This document shows positions 31,938 through 42,145 of a stretch of 64,000 bases of DNA, in pieces. The notes under the pieces were generated by a model. It was not told the origin of the DNA. It searched no databases and saw nothing but the letters and a program-made list of their open reading frames with translations. The position numbers and the translations under genes are program-made. The stretch spans positions 2,880,001 to 2,944,000 of the forward strand of contig CBDCKW010000009.1 in NCBI GenBank assembly GCA_965218435.1. Direction: 5' to 3'. Position 1 is the first letter of the stretch, and each line of letters opens with the position of its first letter. This stretch comes from Truepera sp. (GTDB lineage: Bacteria > Deinococcota > Deinococci > Deinococcales > Trueperaceae).

Positions 31938-31966
31938 ACTCCCTACCTTGAGGTAGGGAGTTTTTT
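31938..31966 (+). terminator. Intrinsic terminator between convergent GH76 and gatB
   Basis: ACTCCCTACCT-tg-AGGTAGGGAGT followed by TTTTT. Confidence 0.85.
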
Positions 31967-31971
31967 AGGTA

Positions 31972-33381
31972 TCACAACTTCTCGAGCAGTAGCTCACGCA
32001 CCCGCGCCGGATTCGCCTTGCCCCCACTCGCCTTCATCACCCGGCCCAACAGCGCATTGATAGCTTTGGGATTTGCCTTAGCTTCGTCTACCATGTTGGG
32101 ATTTTCACCTAAAACTTGCTCGACGACGCCCGCTAGGGCTGCGGTATCGGTAACCTGCTCGAGCCCCCTTTCTCTTACTAACGCCGCCGGGTCTGCCCCA
32201 CCGATAACTTCCGGCAAGAGGTCTTTGGCAATTTTGCCCGAAATCGTGCCCGCTTCGACCAAACCGACAAGACGAGCAAGATGTTCCGGTGTCAGCTGCG
32301 AGGTATCGAGGGTCAGATTATGTGTGTTGAGGTAGCCGGTGACGTCACCGCTCAGCCAGTTCGCCAGGACTTGCGCGTTTTTCTGGAACTCGAGAGCTTT
32401 ATCAAAGAACCGAGAGAAGTCCACGTCGTAAGCGAGCAGCGCGGCACTTTCAGGCCGCACGCCGAGCGCAGCGTAACGCGCGGCTTTAGCGTCCGGCAGT
32501 TCCGGCATGTTGGCTTTGAGGCGCGTAAGCCAGTCTTCACCGATATAAAAAGGCGGCAGGTCAGGGTCGGAAAAGTAGCGGTAGTCGGCCTCACCCTCTT
32601 TGGTCCGCATCAGATACGTTTTCTGCCCACCTTCGTCCCAGCCGAGCGTATCTTGCCGGACGCTGCCGCCGTCTTCTAAAATCCGGCTCTGACGCTTAAT
32701 CTCAAACTCCAAGGCCCGCTGCACACTTCTGAATGAATTGAGGTTTTTGACCTCGACTTTAGTCCCGAACGGCCCTCCCGGACGCCGCACCGAGACGTTC
32801 ACGTCGGCGCGCATCTTGCCTGCTTCGGGGTTCGCGTCCGAGACGCCAAGGGCGCGGGCGACGGCGCGAACGGTATTGAGAAACTCCCGCGCCTCTTCCG
32901 GCGTGCGGAGGTCGGGTTCGGTGACCATCTCGACCAAAGGTGCCCCGGCCCGGTTGAGGTCAACGAGACTGTAGTCCGCATAAGTCGGGTGCTGTGAGCG
33001 TCCGGCGTCCTCTTCTAAGTGGCAGCGGGTGATGCCGATACGCCGCCCGTCAGAAAGCGTCAGTGTGCCGCCCTCCCCGACCGGATGGTCGTACTGGCTG
33101 ATCTGATAGTTTTTCGGCGCGTCGGGGTAAAAGTAATTTTTACGGTGAAACTGGGTGCGTGTTGGGACGCTGCAACCAAGTGCTAGAGAGAGCGTCAAGG
33201 CTTTTTCAAACGCTTCGAGGTTCGGCGTCGGCAGGCTGCCAGGGAGACCCAGGCAGACCGGGCAGGTGTGCGTGTTGGGGGCGTCGCCGAAGGTTTCAGC
33301 GGAGCATGAGCAAAACATCTTGCTCTTGGTACTTAAGGCTAAATGGACTTCCAGGCCGATAACGGGCTCAAAATCGGGCAT
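31972..33381 (-). CDS. gatB: Asp/Glu-tRNA amidotransferase subunit B
   Basis: [29 protein letters not shown] and ADYRYF motifs. Confidence 0.97.
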   Translation of the reverse strand: MPDFEPVIGLEVHLALSTKSKMFCSCSAETFGDAPNTHTCPVCLGLPGSLPTPNLEAFEKALTLSLALGCSVPTRTQFHRKNYFYPDAPKNYQISQYDHPVGEGGTLTLSDGRRIGITRCHLEEDAGRSQHPTYADYSLVDLNRAGAPLVEMVTEPDLRTPEEAREFLNTVRAVARALGVSDANPEAGKMRADVNVSVRRPGGPFGTKVEVKNLNSFRSVQRALEFEIKRQSRILEDGGSVRQDTLGWDEGGQKTYLMRTKEGEADYRYFSDPDLPPFYIGEDWLTRLKANMPELPDAKAARYAALGVRPESAALLAYDVDFSRFFDKALEFQKNAQVLANWLSGDVTGYLNTHNLTLDTSQLTPEHLARLVGLVEAGTISGKIAKDLLPEVIGGADPAALVRERGLEQVTDTAALAGVVEQVLGENPNMVDEAKANPKAINALLGRVMKASGGKANPARVRELLLEKL

Positions 33382-33450
33382 ATAGGGACAGTCTAGCAAC
33401 TCCTGGCTCGAGGGTTTATACAGCTGAGCAGATGTTAGTGTGAAGATAAC

Positions 33451-34185
33451 GTGCGCTTAGAAGGTTTGGCACAACTTTTTGATACTCCACAAGTTCAAGC
33501 GATTTTGCTCGCTGGAAGTTTCGCTCGAGACGAAGCAGGCCCGTACAGCGACATTGATATTTTGCGCCTTACCAACGCACCCCTAGATTCAAGTAGTCAT
33601 CTCTGGCAAGACCGACTTGTCAACGTCAATGACGCAAATGTAGAAGCTACCGAAATCTGGCTTAGCGACCCTGAGAGAGCCGTTGACGTTATCGTCGGAT
33701 TGCGAAACGCCCGTGTTTTGCTCGACAAAGACGGGGCAGCCGAGAAAGTTTTGGGGCGGGCTCGAGCCTTCGTTTGGACAACTGAACTACAACAGAAAGC
33801 TGACGTTTGGGCGAGCGCACACCTTGCTGGGTGGGCCGAAGAAGCGCATAAAGGCTTAGCTGGCCTAAACTCGGGCAACCCTAGTCAACTCCTCCACGCA
33901 CAATTTGGGCTCTCATGGGGATTAGCAAAAGTCATGCGGGTACAGCGCGGCCTTTTCTCAAGTAGCGACAATACGTTTCTTTCCGAATTGCAAAAAGCGT
34001 TTGTTGGAACACGCTGGCTCGAGCTTTTGGAAGATACCTACGGTTTAACCGGGCTACCGCTAGTTGACCAAGTAAGGTCTGGGCTCAAGCTCTACTGCCT
34101 TACTGCTCACTTACTAAGCGGCGTATTACAACCTGACGACCGGCCTATCGTCGAACATACTGTTTCGCTTATCCAAGACGAGTAA
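33451..34185 (+). CDS. Nucleotidyltransferase-domain protein (KNTase-like)
   Basis: GSFAR...YSDIDI pol-beta NTase motif followed by a helical C-terminal domain. Confidence 0.78.
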   Translation: MRLEGLAQLFDTPQVQAILLAGSFARDEAGPYSDIDILRLTNAPLDSSSHLWQDRLVNVNDANVEATEIWLSDPERAVDVIVGLRNARVLLDKDGAAEKVLGRARAFVWTTELQQKADVWASAHLAGWAEEAHKGLAGLNSGNPSQLLHAQFGLSWGLAKVMRVQRGLFSSSDNTFLSELQKAFVGTRWLELLEDTYGLTGLPLVDQVRSGLKLYCLTAHLLSGVLQPDDRPIVEHTVSLIQDE

Positions 34186-34193
34186 GCTACCTT

Positions 34194-34631
34194 ATGAACG
34201 GGTTAGTCGAAGCGGTCTTGGAAGACGTTGCGGTCGCAGGCAGCGGCGAATTTTTTATCGTGCTCTTAAAAACGCATGAGGGTGACTTCGTGCCAATTAC
34301 GATTGGCCACCTCGAGGCCATGTCTATTCTCGCTGGCAGAAGCAACGAACCTCTCGCACGGCCCCTGTCACACGACCTGATGCTCTCGAGCCTCGAGCTG
34401 CTCAGCACCGCCGTCAAGCGCATCGAAGTCACCGAACTCGTCACGACTTCTGAAGGCGGCACGTTCTACGCGCGGGTGGTGCTTGAAAATCGGGGGGTTG
34501 AACTCGAGTTGGACGCCCGCCCCTCGGACGCGCTTGCTCTGGCAGTGCGAACCGGTGCACCGATCTGGGTGGCGCAAGAAGTCGTGGAACAGGTTGGTCT
34601 GTCGGACTTCGGCGACGCCGCCGAAGCGTAG
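34194..34631 (+). CDS. Bifunctional nuclease family protein (DUF151)
   Basis: PITIG, RPLSHDL and DARPSDALALA motifs. Confidence 0.92.
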   Translation: MNGLVEAVLEDVAVAGSGEFFIVLLKTHEGDFVPITIGHLEAMSILAGRSNEPLARPLSHDLMLSSLELLSTAVKRIEVTELVTTSEGGTFYARVVLENRGVELELDARPSDALALAVRTGAPIWVAQEVVEQVGLSDFGDAAEA

Positions 34632-34645
34632 GGTTTAGGGAGGTT

Positions 34646-35674
34646 ATGAAGGACACCGTTCAGCGCGAGTCGGCCCGCCTCTATATACACCTCGGCAGAG
34701 TCACGAGCGGCGGTATCATCGAAGGGCTCGAGCCTATCGGCGCGGCGAGCGTACCGGAACTAGCGGCAGCCTCAGCCGCAGACATCGGCCTAGCAGTCTG
34801 GCCCTTTCCCCTTACAAAAGAGCACAAGGACATCGTTGCGTCACTGGGCTACGAGCCGGTTACGGGTTACGAAGAGGCAGACGAACAGCACTTTTTTAAC
34901 GAGACCAAGAACGTCCAACTCTTTTTCGTCATGGCGGGGAGTTCGGCGTGGACGAATTACCTGCTCGTCAGAAATTTTTTGAGGCAGAGCGAAAGGGCGC
35001 GAAAAGCTTTTACCGACTGGAACCGTAAAGGCGTTTCTAAAGCGACCTTTTTCGCTGGCCTCTCAAAAGATGCAGAAACTTGGTGGGCGGCGTTTTACGG
35101 ATTCACGCCGGTTGAACAGGTAGCTTACGAACTCGGCGCGTTCGAGCAGCCCTGGTTGATCAGCAGCGGCTGGGCTCTCGAGCTTTTCATGGGCCGCGTC
35201 ACCCGTGTTCATCACGATGTTGATGTCGTCGTCTCACGCACAGCGGTATCCGACTTGCGACAGTATTTGGCAGCTCGAGACTGGCAGCTCGTTTCACCGT
35301 TAGACGGGAGGCTCGAGCCGTGGCCCTTAGGAAGTCCGAAAGAGCCTCAAATTCAAGTTCACGCGCACCGGAAGGGTATGTTCATCGACTTTCAGCTCAC
35401 CGATATGAACGCGGAGACTTGGACGTACCGCCGCGACCCTCGTATCATCTGCCCTGCTGCAAAAGCTTTTTTGCAGACTCCAACAGGCATTCCATTTCTC
35501 GCGCCCGAACTCGCGCTGCTTTTCAAGAGTAAAAACACCGGCACCGGGGAGCGTGCTCAGGACGAAAGAGATTTCAAGACTGTTTTCTCCTATCTGGATA
35601 TGAGCCGGAGACGCTGGTTGCGTCAGGCGCTCACCCTAACCGACCCGGAGCACAGGTGGCTCGCGCGGCTCTAG
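34646..35674 (+). CDS. GrpB-like domain fused to an ANT(2'')/lincosamide-type nucleotidyltransferase domain
   Basis: N-terminal IGAASVPELAA...LLVRNFLR (GrpB/UPF0157-like); C-terminal SGWALELF...RVHHDVDV...LAPELALLFK. Confidence 0.7.
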   Translation: MKDTVQRESARLYIHLGRVTSGGIIEGLEPIGAASVPELAAASAADIGLAVWPFPLTKEHKDIVASLGYEPVTGYEEADEQHFFNETKNVQLFFVMAGSSAWTNYLLVRNFLRQSERARKAFTDWNRKGVSKATFFAGLSKDAETWWAAFYGFTPVEQVAYELGAFEQPWLISSGWALELFMGRVTRVHHDVDVVVSRTAVSDLRQYLAARDWQLVSPLDGRLEPWPLGSPKEPQIQVHAHRKGMFIDFQLTDMNAETWTYRRDPRIICPAAKAFLQTPTGIPFLAPELALLFKSKNTGTGERAQDERDFKTVFSYLDMSRRRWLRQALTLTDPEHRWLARL

Positions 35675-36570
35675 TTAGGTCGGTACAAGCTACGCGCGGC
35701 CCGCTGGTCGCGCTGTTTGGCGTAAGTGACAAGACCGATACCCGAAAGCGCCACGACGCCCCCCAAAATCGTCATGGGTGACGGCACTTCACCTAAGAGC
35801 AGCCACGCGAAGCCCAGGCTAAAAACCGGTACCGCGTACAGAAACGTCGTTGCCAGGCTGACCGGCAGTTTTGAAATCGCATAAGAAAATTGCGCGTAGG
35901 CGATCGCCGCCGGAAACACGCCGATATAAACTGTGGCTGCTAGCGGCACAGCACCTGCGCCTGCTACATCTGCAAAAAACCCTGGTAAAAAGACGAGGAG
36001 CGGCAGCGTTCCGGCCCAGGCACAAAACGCGGTCACTTCAACGGCGCGGTAGCGGGCGAACAGGGGTTTTTGCAACACTGCGAAAAACGCCGTGGCAAGG
36101 GCCGAGACGAGGATCAACAGCGCAAACGGGTTTAAGCCGAGCCCGGCGCTGTCACCTGAAACAATCAAGATGACCCCGGCAAACGAAACCCCGATACCCG
36201 CCCAACCCAAAAGGGGCAGACGGTCACCCAGCGTAAAAAACGCGACAATCGCTGTGAGCGCCGGAGCCGTGGCGATAATTAAGCTCGCCGCGCCCGCCGA
36301 CACATGGACTTCGCCGTAGTTAAGCGCGAGGTGATAGATGGTGATGCCTAACACGCCGGCGAGCAAAAATGTCGGCAAGTCGCGCCGTTCAGGGGATAGC
36401 CGCTTTTTCGTTATTGCTAGATAAACCACAAAGCAGAGCGACGCGACGAGAAAGCGTAGCAACGTCAGGTGAGGAGCCGAAAGTCCGCTCAGGCCGAGCT
36501 TGATTCCCGGAAACGCCGAACCCCACAAGAGTGCGAGGACGAAAAGATTCAAAAACATACCCCAGGTCAT
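35671..36570 (-). CDS. EamA/DMT family transporter
   Basis: LLWGSAF...LRFL start and two EamA repeats, about 10 TM. Confidence 0.9.
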   Translation of the reverse strand: MTWGMFLNLFVLALLWGSAFPGIKLGLSGLSAPHLTLLRFLVASLCFVVYLAITKKRLSPERRDLPTFLLAGVLGITIYHLALNYGEVHVSAGAASLIIATAPALTAIVAFFTLGDRLPLLGWAGIGVSFAGVILIVSGDSAGLGLNPFALLILVSALATAFFAVLQKPLFARYRAVEVTAFCAWAGTLPLLVFLPGFFADVAGAGAVPLAATVYIGVFPAAIAYAQFSYAISKLPVSLATTFLYAVPVFSLGFAWLLLGEVPSPMTILGGVVALSGIGLVTYAKQRDQRAARSLYRPN

Positions 36571-36679
36571 AGCGGTAGGCTACCCTGTATTGCCGGACGA
36601 TGCTATCCGATTTGGTAGCCATTTTGCCAGCAAAAAGGCTCGAGACCACCCTAGCTTCGAGCCTCCTCTTTGAGAATAT

Positions 36680-37663
36680 TTATGAAGGCAGCGTCACCGG
36701 GCGGCCACACGCACAACTTTCCGACTCGCGGACCATCTTCGCCTGACCTTCGCGGTACCAGAGCGTATCGCAGTAGGGGCAGCGAATTTCGTTTTGTGAA
36801 ATGCTGTGAAGCGCCTCCGGCCCGACCCAGCGGGCTTCACCACACCAGTGACACACGACCTCTGCGCCGCCGTCTTCTTGGATCATCCGCTCGCGTTCTT
36901 CGGGCGAAAAGTAGGCGAGGGCGTCCAGAGCTTTGTCGTCACTACAGCGGCACTCGAAACGGAGGGGCAACGCGTCGGGCGTGAGCAGTTCAAACTCGAG
37001 CCCCCAACACAGCTCTTCAATGATTTCAAGGAGTGAAGCGCGGCGCATGGCGTCGGTGAGTTGGCCCAAAGCGCGGACGTTGGCCTCGAGTAAATCCAGA
37101 GCGGCGTCGTCGGCGTCCGGCATCGCTTGCAAAATCACCCCGCCGGATTTGACCACACCGGAGGGCTCTATATACACGCCCAAAAGCACCGCTGAACGAA
37201 TCTGTTCGGACTGTGCCAAAAACACCGTAATGTCTTCGGCGATTTCGCCGGTTACCAAATCCACCGAACTGCTGTACGGGTCGCCGTAAGGCGCGTGGGC
37301 GCGGATGACCTGCAAGTCACCTTTACCGAGCGCCCCGCCGACGTTGAGTTTGCCGTCCGGACGCGGCGGCAGCGTGGCGTTCGGGTGGTTCACATAGCCG
37401 CGCACTGCGCCGTCTAAACCGGCGTCGGCGATGACACCGCCGAGCGGCCCGTCTCCGCGCAGGCGGAGCGTTACGCGGTCTTGTGGATTTTTTAAGAGCA
37501 CATGCGACAAGAGCAGCGCCCCGGTCAGGGTGCGGCCCAAAGCGGCGGTTGCCGTCGGGGAGGTGTCGTGACGAGCACGCGCGAGTTCAACAAGTTGGGT
37601 CGTATCGGCAGCGACCACGCGAATGCCGCCAGCGGCTGCAACGCCGCGAAGAAGGTAAGACAT
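36680..37663 (-). CDS. hslO: Hsp33 redox-regulated chaperone
   Basis: ALGRTL, GEIAED, QSEQ and CRC...CHWC zinc motif, plus an extra Cys-rich tail. Confidence 0.95.
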   Translation of the reverse strand: MSYLLRGVAAAGGIRVVAADTTQLVELARARHDTSPTATAALGRTLTGALLLSHVLLKNPQDRVTLRLRGDGPLGGVIADAGLDGAVRGYVNHPNATLPPRPDGKLNVGGALGKGDLQVIRAHAPYGDPYSSSVDLVTGEIAEDITVFLAQSEQIRSAVLLGVYIEPSGVVKSGGVILQAMPDADDAALDLLEANVRALGQLTDAMRRASLLEIIEELCWGLEFELLTPDALPLRFECRCSDDKALDALAYFSPEERERMIQEDGGAEVVCHWCGEARWVGPEALHSISQNEIRCPYCDTLWYREGQAKMVRESESCACGRPVTLPS

Positions 37664-37786
37664 CGTTTGTCCTTTCGGAAGGTGTTTCAGGTGCCGCTTT
37701 AATGCGGCGCAACTCCAAAAGTATACGTCTTAGGGAGAAAACCGAGAGTAAGGCTCGAGACGCCTGAGGCTCATTTCACAACAGTT

Positions 37787-38344
37787 ATGCTGAATTTTGT
37801 GAGCAGTTCGGATATAAATATCTCGATGGTTCGTCCGCACCTCCGCGAGGTGCCGCGCCGCCCCCTACCTGAGGGGTACGTTTTGCGCACTTTAGGGCAC
37901 GATGATGAACTGCAGCTTGCAGAGCTTCTTAGCGCAGCTTTCGAAGAGGCGTGGGAAGTCGCGCGAGTTTCAGCTGCGCTCACGCAAGCACCCGAGGTCA
38001 AGGCTGTCTACGGCGTGTTTCGGCGTCACCAGGTTCAGGGTCGGCAACTTGTCGGAACGGCCTCGAGCCAACACCTTCCGGGCCGCGACCCTGAAGCGGG
38101 GTTCGTCCACTGGGTTGCCACCCACCCGGACTACCGCGCCCAGGGGCTCGCTGGCGTGTTACTCGAGCACATCCTGAACGACTTTAGGATGCGAGGGTAC
38201 AGCCGCGCACGGCTCGACACACAACCGGAGCGCCTGCCAGCCATTCGCGCTTACCTAAAGTTCGGCTTTGTCCCTGAATATGGGGGCGCAGGTAACAAAG
38301 AAGTGTGGTCAAGTGTCTTTTCAAAACTGCTGAATGACAAGTAG
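37787..38344 (+). CDS. GNAT family N-acetyltransferase
   Basis: VATHPDYRAQGLA...AIRAYLKFGF. Exact start uncertain. Confidence 0.88.
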   Translation: MLNFVSSSDINISMVRPHLREVPRRPLPEGYVLRTLGHDDELQLAELLSAAFEEAWEVARVSAALTQAPEVKAVYGVFRRHQVQGRQLVGTASSQHLPGRDPEAGFVHWVATHPDYRAQGLAGVLLEHILNDFRMRGYSRARLDTQPERLPAIRAYLKFGFVPEYGGAGNKEVWSSVFSKLLNDK

Positions 38345-38387
38345 AAGTAGCTGTATGAAGTTCGCATTACACGTGACAGCTAGATTG

Positions 38388-39248
38388 TTAGCGCCCCTTT
38401 AGCACCAGCGCAATGCCGCCGAGAATCAGGCCCGACGCGAGCACCAGCCGCAGCGTAAGCGGTTCACCGAGCAGCAAGGCCCCACCGAGCGCCGCAAGTA
38501 CCGGTACGCTCAGCTGCACCGCGCCCGCCGTCGTTGCTCTTAAAGACGGCAGCGCCGCGTACCAGACCAGATACCCAAGACCTGAAGTGACGGCACCTGA
38601 AAGCACTGCGTAAAAGACGCCGAGACCGTCAAAGCGTAAATCGGTAGCGGGTAAAAGTAAGACGAGCAAAACCAGTGCAGCGGCCAGCGGCACCGTCCGT
38701 AAAAAGTTTCCTGCCGAGACTGCTGCGGGATCACCCTGCCCCCGGCCCCGGAGCGAATACACGCCCCACGCAGCCCCGGCCAGCGCCATGAGCGCGGCAG
38801 GGCCGAGGGGCGGCGCGCTCAGTCCTGGTAAGACGAGGTAGACGAGGCCGCCGAGCGCCCCCAGAAGTCCCAAAGTTTGTACGCCGGAAAACCGCTCACC
38901 GCGCCACACCCCGTAACCGATCATCGTCAGCTGCACGACGCCGAAGAGCAGCAGCGCCCCGGTTCCGGCCCGGAGCACCGTATAAGCGAACGAAAAGGCG
39001 GCGGCATAGACGAAGAGCGCCGCGGCTGACGGCCAGCTGCCTGCCGTAAAAATGGGGCGGTGACGCGCCGAGGCGACGAGTCCAAGCATGAGTGCGCCGC
39101 TCACGAGGCGCACCGCCGTAAAGGTCGCGGCGTCTAGGGGGGTCGTTTGCAACGCGAGTCGGTTTAAGACCGAATTGGCTGCAAACGCGACCATCGCCAG
39201 GGCGGTCAGCGCGTAAACCCAGTAGATCGAAGGGAAACGAGGGGTCAC
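38388..39248 (-). CDS. DMT family transporter
   Basis: AFAANSVLNR and QLSVPVLAA motifs, about 10 TM. Confidence 0.88.
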   Translation of the reverse strand: MTPRFPSIYWVYALTALAMVAFAANSVLNRLALQTTPLDAATFTAVRLVSGALMLGLVASARHRPIFTAGSWPSAAALFVYAAAFSFAYTVLRAGTGALLLFGVVQLTMIGYGVWRGERFSGVQTLGLLGALGGLVYLVLPGLSAPPLGPAALMALAGAAWGVYSLRGRGQGDPAAVSAGNFLRTVPLAAALVLLVLLLPATDLRFDGLGVFYAVLSGAVTSGLGYLVWYAALPSLRATTAGAVQLSVPVLAALGGALLLGEPLTLRLVLASGLILGGIALVLKGR

Positions 39249-39721
39249 TCGAGCTTCGCCAGAGCCTCGAGCGTCGCCGCAGGAACCAGCCCGGAGATGT
39301 CCGCCCCCAAACTGAACAGCTCACGCACCCGCGTTGACGAGACGAACGACCATTCGGGCGAGGCGAGCAAAAAAACCGTCTCAGCGTCCGGGTATAAGAG
39401 CCGGTTAAGTTGCGCCATCTGCGCTTCGTACTCGAGGTCCACTGCCCCACGCAAGCTTTTGACAATGACCTGCGCTTTATTTTCCCGAGCGTAGTCCGTC
39501 AAGAGCCCTGAAAACATCTCAACTTGTACGTTAGCTAGGTCGGCAACTGCGTCACGGATAAGCTGAACGCGCACTTTCGGGCTTAGAAGCTTGCTGCTTT
39601 TAAGCGGATTGCCTAAAACGGCAACGGTCAGCTGGTCGTACAAACGGCAGCTACGCCGGATAATGTCTAAGTGGCCGTTGTGCAGCGGGTCGAACGAGCC
39701 CGGATAAACCGCACGCCTCAC
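39245..39721 (-). CDS. coaD: Phosphopantetheine adenylyltransferase
   Basis: YPGSFDPLHNGH and VSSTRVRE motifs. Confidence 0.96.
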   Translation of the reverse strand: MRRAVYPGSFDPLHNGHLDIIRRSCRLYDQLTVAVLGNPLKSSKLLSPKVRVQLIRDAVADLANVQVEMFSGLLTDYARENKAQVIVKSLRGAVDLEYEAQMAQLNRLLYPDAETVFLLASPEWSFVSSTRVRELFSLGADISGLVPAATLEALAKLE

Positions 39722-40665
39722 CCGTGAACACGCCTTTTAGGGTCACCGGGCGCTAAAATCTCGTCGACAACTTTAGCAGCTGAAACTTCTCCCGCTAACA
39801 CGGCTCGGTAGAGGCTGGGCTCGAGCCCTTCGAGCCGCCGCCTGACCTGCTCGGTCAGCAGCGCAGAGACCTCAAACCGGGCTCTTTGTTGACGGAGCCG
39901 CACCAGCTCGCCGGTCTCTGCCAGCTTTTTGTGGTGCGTACTTAGTGTCTCGAGCAGTTCAGGCACGCCCTGCCCGGTTGACGCGACCGTTTCTAAAATC
40001 GGCGGTTGCCACGCGTCAGAACTTGGTGGGGCGAGCTCGAGCGCCGCCTTGACCTCGCGCCGCAAACGCCCGCTCCCCGGTTGATCGGCTTTGTTGATGA
40101 CAAACACGTCGGCGATCTCCATAATGCCCGCCTTAAACGCCTGCACGCCGTCGCCCTGGCCGGGGGTTAAGAGCAGGAGCGTCGTATCGGCGACCCGTAC
40201 GATGTCAATTTCAGACTGTCCGACCCCGACGGTCTCGAGCAAAATCAGGTCGAAGCCGTAGGCGTCTAAGAGCGCGGTCACCTGCAACGTCGTCGCGCTC
40301 AGCCCGCCGAGATGTCCCCGCGTTGCTACCGAACGGATAAAGACCTCGGCGTCCCGGTGGTGACGCATCATCCGCACACGGTCGCCTAAAATCGCGCCGC
40401 CGCTGTACGGGCTCGTCGGGTCAACCGCGAGCACAGCGACCGTTTTTCCTGCCGCCCGCGTCTCGGCAATCAGCGCGTCCGTCAGGGTGCTTTTGCCGCT
40501 GCCGGGGCTGCCCGTTACGCCGACGATGTGCGCCTTACCACCCTTTGCCCGTACCGCCTTGAGAAGCACGCCGCCCGCCTCGTCACCGGCCTCGAGCAAA
40601 CTGATGCCGCGTGCCAACGCACGCTCGTTTCTGGACGTAAAGCGCGCCTCGAGGCTGTCAGTCAT
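39718..40665 (-). CDS. meaB: MeaB/ArgK family GTPase
   Basis: GSPGSGKST, DPTSPYSGGAILGDRVRM, ETVGVGQSE and NKAD motifs. Start trimmed to ATG 40665 (TATGCT-N6). Confidence 0.93.
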   Translation of the reverse strand: MTDSLEARFTSRNERALARGISLLEAGDEAGGVLLKAVRAKGGKAHIVGVTGSPGSGKSTLTDALIAETRAAGKTVAVLAVDPTSPYSGGAILGDRVRMMRHHRDAEVFIRSVATRGHLGGLSATTLQVTALLDAYGFDLILLETVGVGQSEIDIVRVADTTLLLLTPGQGDGVQAFKAGIMEIADVFVINKADQPGSGRLRREVKAALELAPPSSDAWQPPILETVASTGQGVPELLETLSTHHKKLAETGELVRLRQQRARFEVSALLTEQVRRRLEGLEPSLYRAVLAGEVSAAKVVDEILAPGDPKRRVHG

Positions 40666-40787
40666 AGTTTCAGCATACCTCAAGATGATTTTTCGGTTTC
40701 GTGCGACTTGAGCGGCAACAGCCGAGCATACTCTACTTACAGAACGTTGACTTTGCAAAATAGTCGCCATGACACCGCTCAACACCA

Positions 40788-41726
40788 CTACGGCACCTGT
40801 CGCAAAGCGCCCAGCAGCTTAACGGCGTGCGGCAACAGCGTGACCTCGAGCGCACCGGTCGGCGCGAAAAGGTCGCCGTCGAGGTGCAGCGGTACCGGCT
40901 CCGCCCAGCGCAAGCTGACCTGCGCCGCCTGCGCGTAGGCGACTTTGGGATGACCCAGATGGCGACCCCGTAAAAGCTTGAACATAAGCGGTGTGAGCGC
41001 CGCACGCGACACGCGCCGCCCGACCAACACGTCAGCCAGGGCGTCCGCCGGGTTGCCCAGGGGTGAGATGCGAAAACCGCCGCCGTAACGGGTGCTGTTC
41101 ATGACCGCGCAGAGAAAGCTCTCACCGGCGAAAAAGAACGCGCCGTCCAGCGTGAGCTCGAGAGGATACGCGCGAAAGTCGCGCAGCGCCGAGAGGACGC
41201 CGAGCGCGTAGCCTCCGAACCCACCCAGAACGGCTGGGCTCTGCGCCGCGTGCGCCGTAACTTGCGCGTCGAAGCCCATGCCCAAACCGTTCAAGCAAAA
41301 GTGCTCGGTCCCGGAAAACCGCACATGGAGCACGTCAAGCGGTGCAGCAGGCTGGCTAAGGCGGGTTACAGCGTCCCCCAGCCCCGCCCCCCAACCCAGC
41401 GCCGCCGTCAGGTCGTTGCCCCGGCCCAGCGGCACGACGCCCAGAGGCCGCTCCGTCCCGACGAGCGCAGGCAGCAGGCTGCGGGTCGTCCCGTCACCCC
41501 CGACCGCGACGACCGCGACGTTTTCAGGCAAGGAGCAGATATGCTCTAGCAGCGCGTCCAGGCTGTGCGGCTCTGAGGTGACGACCTCGAACTCTACCTG
41601 GCGAGTTTTAAGCAGCGCCGCGAGTTCGGGCCAGCGGCGAGCAGCCTTGCCCCGTCCGGCTGCGGGGTTGAGGACGAAGAGGTAACGCTCGGGCGAGTAG
41701 TTTTTAGGCAAATAGGTTTCAGGCAC
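40788..41726 (-). CDS. Diacylglycerol/lipid kinase family protein (YegS/DAGK)
   Basis: NPAAG, GGDGT, PLGRGND and LDGD motifs. Confidence 0.9.
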   Translation of the reverse strand: MPETYLPKNYSPERYLFVLNPAAGRGKAARRWPELAALLKTRQVEFEVVTSEPHSLDALLEHICSLPENVAVVAVGGDGTTRSLLPALVGTERPLGVVPLGRGNDLTAALGWGAGLGDAVTRLSQPAAPLDVLHVRFSGTEHFCLNGLGMGFDAQVTAHAAQSPAVLGGFGGYALGVLSALRDFRAYPLELTLDGAFFFAGESFLCAVMNSTRYGGGFRISPLGNPADALADVLVGRRVSRAALTPLMFKLLRGRHLGHPKVAYAQAAQVSLRWAEPVPLHLDGDLFAPTGALEVTLLPHAVKLLGALRQVP

Positions 41727-41814
41727 GACCAGCTGAGCATACGCCGACGGGCTTCAGGCGGGATAGAGAGCAGCTTGGTTAGATACGGTTTGTTACCATG
41801 CTGTATTAGCACCT

Positions 41815-41926
41815 GTTCGGACTCGAGCGCCCCTTGCACGAGCGTTTCAGCCGTGCGCCGTTTGTTGGCGTCGGTCTCATCGAACAAATAGACGAACACA
41901 TTGGAGTCGATGAAGTTACCGCTCAT
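41815..41926 (-). pseudogene. Truncated PIN-domain (VapC) toxin
   Basis: MSGNFIDSNVFVYLFDETDANKRRTAETLV is a PIN N-terminus. Similarity is lost after about 36 aa; the end coordinate is approximate. Confidence 0.75.
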
Positions 41927-42140
41927 TCATCTCCTCGCGGGAGAACTTCCGACCACCGCTACGCACTCTGCCGCGCAACTCCTCGCGCACGCTCATGGCT
42001 TCTTGTGCCCTCTCCTTGCGCTGGGTGTACGCCTCGAGCCAGCGGCGAAACTGCTCATTCAAGGTAGTGTTCTCGGTGCGGGCACGTTCACGGGCAGGTT
42101 CGATAAGTTTCTCGTCGGCGCTCAAGGTGATATTTTTCAT
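41916..42140 (-). CDS. RHH/CopG-like antitoxin (VapB-type)
   Basis: MKNITLSADEKLIE...TTLNEQFRRWLE...FSREEMNER, overlapping the PIN gene start. Confidence 0.8.
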   Translation of the reverse strand: MKNITLSADEKLIEPARERARTENTTLNEQFRRWLEAYTQRKERAQEAMSVREELRGRVRSGGRKFSREEMNER

Positions 42141-42145
42141 AACCT

